DNA of 64,000 nucleotides from Candidatus Parcubacteria bacterium (GTDB lineage Bacteria; Patescibacteriota; Minisyncoccia; Minisyncoccales; JAGMDC01). Positions 59,026-64,000 of the stretch are shown here, piece after piece. Position 1 is the stretch's first letter; every line of letters starts with the position of its first letter. Location: NCBI GenBank assembly GCA_023130975.1, contig JAGMAD010000005.1, positions 22,933-86,932 of the forward strand. Direction: 5' to 3'. The notes under the pieces were generated by a model. It was given only the letters and a program-made list of their open reading frames with translations, ran no database searches and had not been told where the DNA came from. The position numbers and the translations under genes are program-made.

Positions 59026-62000
59026 TTAGTAGATCAACGAACCACCGGTAACTGGCAATTTCTTAGTAAGAGTGCTATCAATTTCAACAGCTGCGCTATT
59101 ATTCTCCCATTCTATACCCGAAGTAGTAGCATTATAACTACTACTAGAGTGCGGCCCTAAAGTCAACTGGATACTAAGTGTAGTCAGGGCACCGGTAGTA
59201 TCACCAAAGATTCTGATAGTCTTGGTAGTCCCTTCAGCAATCTGTAGGGTAGTTGAGAAGGCAACTATATCGTTGTGGGCTAAAGCACCACTATTATCAC
59301 CAACTGAGAAGCAATAGGCATTAGCGTCAGTTGGAGTTGGATCAAGTATAGTGTAGGTATTACTAGTGCTTAAAACTGCATCCCAATAGGCATCAAAGCC
59401 GGATTGGGTTATCGTAGCATAGGTTGTACCAAGATCAGAACTCTTAATGGTTAAACTACCTGTACCAGAAACAGTCGCTGTACCAGCTACACAGAACTCC
59501 ATTTCGTTAATAGTAATGTCATCACCAACAGCCTCAAGGTCTAATTCCATTACCTCTTTATTAGCGCCAGCTGTCTGGGCACCAGAAGGTGAACCAGAAG
59601 CAAGACTGGCTACTAAAACACCGTCATAGAGGTATTGAGTGTAGGAGGCAGCAATTGTTCCGGCTGTAGTAGCAGTGCTGTTTATCCAACCAGAAGTTCC
59701 ATCATTAACAATTGTCGTACCAGAAGAAACTCCATTAGCAGTCATATAGTAACGAATAGTGCCAGCAGATGAGGCAGCACCATTTGCTCCCCACTCACTG
59801 TAATCACCATCTGAATCACCCAAACCAACCTCTACTGTATCGGCATCAGTTAGAGAAATCTTATCAACCAAATCAACTTTCATAGTTAAGGTCTTGTAAG
59901 TTGATTTTGGTACGGTCAATGTCCCGGATGTTAGTGAGATAAGTTTTTTCCCGTTGTTTGTTGCGTCTAATGTGTAACCAGCAGAATTACCCAGTATGTC
60001 TCCATCCAAGTATAACTTTACCTTGGCGACATTGGCACCACTCCTGGTTCCTTCAGTAGCAATATAGAAGTTAGTTATTGTGATGTCTTCATTGACGGCG
60101 TACAACCTGTATTCCATCATTGAATTACCAGTTGCGCCAGCAACGAATTGAGCTGCAGCTGGCCTGTCAGCAGAAACAGTTATTTTCAATGTTCCTACAG
60201 AACCAATTGTCTGTTCCTGACCTGTGCCAGTGTAGGTCTCGCCAATTGCAGAGCCGGTTGACCAACCAGTTGAAACAACGTGATCAGTGGTATTAGCAAT
60301 CTTGAAGGTGTGAGTAGTACTAGCTGTATTATTAACCACATCTGCCTTCAAGGCTAACCTCTCAGTTGTTCCTGCAGTAATTCTCAAAGGAGTCCTTAAG
60401 GTGAAAGTAACTATATTGGCATTAGTGGCTGTTGAGTTAGTGGTTTCCAGTTTAGTATCCCCATCAAATAATTCTAGGTTGTTAATTCCTGTATATGTGG
60501 TCGTACCTCCTGTTACTGTATCTGTGGTTTTTATAGTAGTCACTTTTACATCCTCACCTGAAGCACTAGCGTCTAAGTCAAAGTAGGCAAAGACTGCGTC
60601 TTGGGCACTAATTACTATTGTTCCGGCAATCGGAACAGAAGCAGTAACGACTGCTAAAGCAGGTCCTAGAATTGTCATCGTGTTAGCAGTAACTGCGCTA
60701 GTACCCGGAGGCACATCAGTTCCGGAGGAAGTTGTATAAGTTGTCTTTCCAGAAGTAGCTCCTTTGGCAGTAATACTACTAGCTGGCAGATTAACAACAA
60801 CTGTTGTGCTAGTAAGAGTATCAGTACTATAAGAACTGGCAACATTAGCCTTAATATGGACAGTAGTAGTTCCAACCGGAAGCGAGTAGGAATCAGTGAA
60901 AGTTAAGTTTTGATTACCATTTTGGGTAGTTGTAGTACAATCTTGCGGACCAAATAAAGCATTTCCGCTGTCGTCGTAACCAGTTACATTGGTGTAGTAA
61001 ATTGGCCTACCACTACTGGCAGCGGTCAACGTAACCTGAGTTGAGGTCACATTAACTCCTTCACCACCAGCAACAAAGTCAAAAGCGGCTAATTCTTCTT
61101 GACTACCGCCTAAAGCAATGTTTCCAGTAGCTGGAGTTTTGCTTGATTTAGAAACTGTCAAATAACCCTGATTAATGGTTTGGGGCGTACAATAATAAGT
61201 TGTAAGACAGAAATTGTTGCAAGTAGGAGTAATTCCAAAACCATAAGTTATCCCAACCATATCAATTGTATACGCGGATCCATCCCATAAATCAAAGGTT
61301 AAAGTTCTTCCAGATCCTGCAACCAAGGAAGCTAAAATGCTTAATTCAACATAACCACCTTTTGCAACTTCAATATTTAAGTTGCTGAAGACAGCTTTTC
61401 CATCAGCAGGAAGAGTGGCTAAAGTGCCTATAGTTGTACCAGTAGTGTCATTGACTAATTTTAAGTCTTTAACATCAGTGGTAGCGGCAGTACCATTCTT
61501 AATTGCTGTTACTTGGGTAATCTTTAGACCCTCGGCAGAACCAGCCATTATTTTAACCTGAGTAAATCTGATGTCTGCTTCAGACGGATCCACGGTTAAA
61601 TCGCTATCGTTTCTAGTTCCGCTTGATCCATCGTATAAAACGGCTGTGCCAATGGTTATAGTGGAGATGTAAGCCATGCTATTCCCAATAATTGGGAAAG
61701 TTCCGGTAACTGCAGCAGTAGTAGTAATATCAGAAGCTGAGTCAATAGATAACTGGATTATATTTCCATTGTAGGTTGCTGAAGCAGCAATCATAGTTGC
61801 GGCTAAGGTAATGGTTTTAGTAGTACCAGCCGGAACATTAATAGAAATATTACTAAAGGTTGCCTTATGGTTTGAACCTAAGCTCTGGCTTGTTCCAATC
61901 TGAATTGAGCCATCATATAGCTTGACATTAGAAACAGCTGCGTCTAGGCTTAATCCTTTCCTAACAACTTTTAAGCCGGTAATCGTAACGTCACCATCAG

Positions 62001-62772
62001 TTCCGGCAGTAAAGTTTACTTTCGTAAATGGTACATTAGCAGAACCACCAGGAACACTAGTCATAGCTGGAGTGTCATCAGCTAAGCTTACATTTAAACC
62101 AGCACCAACAACACAACTGGCGTCAGCCACACACTGGGTGGTGGCCACTCCGTCACAAGCATCGGTTGCAGCGCCTTCCTCTGGAGTACAGGTTCGGGTT
62201 TGCTGCATTTGGGTGGCAGTACAATCACCGCCTCCGCAAGCAACATTTGCCCAATCAGTACAATCACAACCAGTAGGAGTTACGTCGCCCTCTAAAAGCT
62301 CATTAAGTTTAGTTCTGGTAGTTGAACCAACATAACCGGTTCCAGAAGTTAAACCCCAAGAAGCTAATACTTCATCAGCGTATTTTTCCTGGAATTTAAT
62401 AACTCCTGCTTTGGTCAAAGGACCAAAATAAGAAGTTTCATTTCCTGGAGAACCAGCGCCAGTATCACCTAACTTTGTGTCAGAAGCAGTGTTCAAAACA
62501 ATCTGTAAACATTTAACATCGTCGCCAGTCATTCCTTGACTTAAATTGCGGTCAAAGCTTGTGATTTCACAACCTTCAACGGTTGGAGTTATGTCGCCGC
62601 CAAGATCAGCTAACTGCTCCTGTAATTCAGTCAATTGAGCCAATAAAGCATCAATTTGAACCTGCAATTCTTCAGCAGTTATTGCTTGAGCCGGCATTAC
62701 AACCATACCCATCATCATTGATGCGCAAGCCAAAGTAGTAAAACTAGCAACGATTTTTTTCATTTTAGACAT
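59026..62772 (-). CDS. Giant secreted cell-surface repeat protein (S-layer/surface-array candidate) with an N-terminal coiled coil and a PG-binding-like anchor
   Basis: Signal peptide ending PAQA. Coiled coil AEELQVQIDALLAQLTELQEQL and a PG_binding-like segment. A Cys-rich knot is followed by at least 6 repeats of about 110-130 aa rich in T/A/G/S/V. Composition and GC content differ from all neighbouring genes. Confidence 0.7.
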   Translation of the reverse strand: MSKMKKIVASFTTLACASMMMGMVVMPAQAITAEELQVQIDALLAQLTELQEQLADLGGDITPTVEGCEITSFDRNLSQGMTGDDVKCLQIVLNTASDTKLGDTGAGSPGNETSYFGPLTKAGVIKFQEKYADEVLASWGLTSGTGYVGSTTRTKLNELLEGDVTPTGCDCTDWANVACGGGDCTATQMQQTRTCTPEEGAATDACDGVATTQCVADASCVVGAGLNVSLADDTPAMTSVPGGSANVPFTKVNFTAGTDGDVTITGLKVVRKGLSLDAAVSNVKLYDGSIQIGTSQSLGSNHKATFSNISINVPAGTTKTITLAATMIAASATYNGNIIQLSIDSASDITTTAAVTGTFPIIGNSMAYISTITIGTAVLYDGSSGTRNDSDLTVDPSEADIRFTQVKIMAGSAEGLKITQVTAIKNGTAATTDVKDLKLVNDTTGTTIGTLATLPADGKAVFSNLNIEVAKGGYVELSILASLVAGSGRTLTFDLWDGSAYTIDMVGITYGFGITPTCNNFCLTTYYCTPQTINQGYLTVSKSSKTPATGNIALGGSQEELAAFDFVAGGEGVNVTSTQVTLTAASSGRPIYYTNVTGYDDSGNALFGPQDCTTTTQNGNQNLTFTDSYSLPVGTTTVHIKANVASSYSTDTLTSTTVVVNLPASSITAKGATSGKTTYTTSSGTDVPPGTSAVTANTMTILGPALAVVTASVPIAGTIVISAQDAVFAYFDLDASASGEDVKVTTIKTTDTVTGGTTTYTGINNLELFDGDTKLETTNSTATNANIVTFTLRTPLRITAGTTERLALKADVVNNTASTTHTFKIANTTDHVVSTGWSTGSAIGETYTGTGQEQTIGSVGTLKITVSADRPAAAQFVAGATGNSMMEYRLYAVNEDITITNFYIATEGTRSGANVAKVKLYLDGDILGNSAGYTLDATNNGKKLISLTSGTLTVPKSTYKTLTMKVDLVDKISLTDADTVEVGLGDSDGDYSEWGANGAASSAGTIRYYMTANGVSSGTTIVNDGTSGWINSTATTAGTIAASYTQYLYDGVLVASLASGSPSGAQTAGANKEVMELDLEAVGDDITINEMEFCVAGTATVSGTGSLTIKSSDLGTTYATITQSGFDAYWDAVLSTSNTYTILDPTPTDANAYCFSVGDNSGALAHNDIVAFSTTLQIAEGTTKTIRIFGDTTGALTTLSIQLTLGPHSSSSYNATTSGIEWENNSAAVEIDSTLTKKLPVTGGSLIY

Positions 62773-62796
62773 TTATCTAATTTATCACTAATATTT

Positions 62797-62824
62797 TTAC
62801 TTGTTTCTTTATAGAAACAAGTAA
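62797..62824. promoter_or_regulatory. Perfect 11-bp-arm palindrome about 25 nt upstream of the giant gene ATG
   Basis: TTACTTGTTTC-tttata-GAAACAAGTAA. It could be an operator or a 5'-UTR stem-loop. Confidence 0.4.
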
Positions 62825-63008
62825 TTCTATTAGCGATTTTCAACTTTTTTTCACTGTTATCGACCTTAAACATCTTTTGAATATAAAGAATTCTTTTTTG
62901 CTTTTAGCAAATATTCAGAAAATGTCTTTAATAACAGTTTCTTTTGTTTTTTTTGTCGACCTTTTTCACAACCTTATTAAAATTGGTTGTTTTTAAAATA
63001 ATAAAAAA

Positions 63009-63212
63009 CTATTTTTTAATAGCTAATGCTTCTTCTAATATCTTAACTCGCATTTCTAACTTTTCAAACTCATTTTTATGAACAAGATTTTCTAATCTTG
63101 TTTCAATTCTTTCTAATCTATTATCCACTAAATCAAACCTTTCATCTACTTTATCAAAACCCCTTTTTATCATTCCAGCCAAATCTTCAATTGTAATATT
63201 TTCGTTTGCCAT
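63009..63212 (-). CDS. Small coiled-coil hypothetical protein (67 aa)
   Basis: ORF-track ORF with an ATG start and a heptad-rich sequence. No recognisable family. Confidence 0.4.
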   Translation of the reverse strand: MANENITIEDLAGMIKRGFDKVDERFDLVDNRLERIETRLENLVHKNEFEKLEMRVKILEEALAIKK

Positions 63213-63244
63213 AACAAAAGATTAGAAGTATTCTTCCTATGTTC

Positions 63245-64000
63245 TTAATAACTCAAAAATAGTATTTTGGCAAGCGCCTCCTGGTAATTCTCATCATCAA
63301 AAAGCTCTTTTGCTTCCTTAAGCAATTCTTCCTGTTCAGAATTCAGCGCTCTATCTTCCAATTCTTTAATTTCTCGCTCAACTAAGGTTTTATAATAAGA
63401 ATTTATTGATTCATCGTATTCTTCACTATCAATTTTTGTAGCTAATATCTCTTCTACTGTTTCTTTTTGTTTTTCTATTGCTTCAACTTTTTCTTTAATT
63501 TCTTTGGCTATTTCACCATCATTTTCTACTATTGCCACTTTTTTCAAGCTTTCAGCTGTTTCTCTCATAACTTTTTCTACTTCTTGAACAGCTGAGGCCA
63601 GATTTTTGCCTCTATTTTCTTCAGCTATCTTTGTTAATTCATCTAATTTCTTTTGAGTTAATTCCAATTGGACTTTAGGTTTTTCTGTTTCTGAAGCTAA
63701 ACTGACTTTTGCTTGCTCGCTAATTTTCTTTACTGAATAAAGTAAGTCGCCAGGCAAAGCATTTTGAGCAAAACTGAAAACACCTATTAAAAAACAAAAA
63801 CAAACCGCTGTGGCTAAAGCCGGCTTTAAAAAAGGCCTAAACCTAAAAATTGAAAATGCTTCTAAGAACCGTTCTCCAATTGTAACAGAGGCCTGTTTTT
63901 CGCTTATTAATGGTTCTGACAAAATCTTTGCTTTTGTCAAAATAACCCAGTCCTTTCTGGGTTTAATTTGCTGGAGTTCTTTAATTTTTCTAATAACTTC
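63245..64000 (-). CDS. DUF5667-like membrane-anchored protein, 5'-partial (the frame stays open to the window end)
   Basis: The ORF-track start at 63940 is TTG. The same frame reads EVIRKIKELQQIKPRKDWVI from 64000 without a stop. A TM segment is followed by the PGDLLYSVKKISEQAKVSLA motif, typical of DUF5667 from memory. Confidence 0.5.
   Translation of the reverse strand, partial: EVIRKIKELQQIKPRKDWVILTKAKILSEPLISEKQASVTIGERFLEAFSIFRFRPFLKPALATAVCFCFLIGVFSFAQNALPGDLLYSVKKISEQAKVSLASETEKPKVQLELTQKKLDELTKIAEENRGKNLASAVQEVEKVMRETAESLKKVAIVENDGEIAKEIKEKVEAIEKQKETVEEILATKIDSEEYDESINSYYKTLVEREIKELEDRALNSEQEELLKEAKELFDDENYQEALAKILFLSY

Noticed and set aside
59026-62772. Interpreting the higher GC content of the giant gene as proof of horizontal transfer.
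   Set aside because: The amino-acid composition, rich in T/A/G/S/V and poor in K/N/I, forces GC-richer codons by itself. The N-terminal anchor module is shared with a neighbouring native-looking gene. Transfer remains possible but is not demonstrated.
1-64000. Alternative genetic code (UGA read as Gly, code 25), as in some CPR lineages.
   Set aside because: RF2 is present with a UGA-dependent autoregulatory frameshift. Many well-supported genes end in TGA, for example the ATGA overlaps at 13509 and 44806. All large ORFs are intact under code 11.

Overview
This is a low-GC, gene-dense window with almost every gene on the minus strand. By protein content it reads like a Patescibacteria/CPR (Parcubacteria-type) chromosome segment; that assignment is inference. 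UGA is used as a stop codon and RF2 is present, so the standard code 11 applies.

Gene content, in order:
- Housekeeping block: engB, tRNA-Gln, ftsX/ftsE, prfB with its CTT-TGA-C +1 frameshift, tRNA-Thr, tRNA-Gly, lepA, murJ, RNase P RNA, rnhA, a recJ-like DHH protein and pgk.
- A VirD4/TraD-like ATPase, a membrane protein and an HTH protein, with the ATPase translationally coupled to pgk.
- secD/secF, an ImmA/XRE pair, secA and murB.
- A surface-glycan locus of about 27 kb (30.5-57 kb). It holds three DegT-family enzymes (one with His in place of the PLP lysine), a CapD dehydratase, a WecA-like initiating transferase, five glycosyltransferases, three or four methyltransferases, a Wzx flippase and a Wzy_C+TPR protein.
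- Next to that locus, a 1248-aa secreted Thr/Ala/Gly/Ser-rich repeat protein that looks like an S-layer candidate.

Most interesting observations:
1. A family of roughly 70-85 nt GC-rich palindromic MITE-like elements with 4-bp TAAA or TTGA flanking duplications. Two copies are inserted in frame into pgk and the recJ-like gene, one supplies the stop codon of a DegT-like gene, and others are intergenic. Shorter GC-rich palindromes sit in frame in yraN and in the Wzy_C gene. This resembles the in-frame palindromic elements of Rickettsia.
2. Heptanucleotide microsatellites lie inside murB and secA and are translated as 7-aa periodic peptides.
3. A (TTAGTTAGC)4 array sits in a divergent glycan-gene promoter region, and 19-bp direct repeats bracket an epimerase gene.
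4. Many promoters place the -10 box 6-8 nt from the ATG with no Shine-Dalgarno sequence, which implies leaderless mRNAs.
5. A motif identical to the DnaA box lies upstream of three TTGACA -35 boxes.
6. An orphan promoter-plus-terminator unit may encode an ncRNA.

All calls were made by eye from the sequence and the ORF track. No database searches were run.
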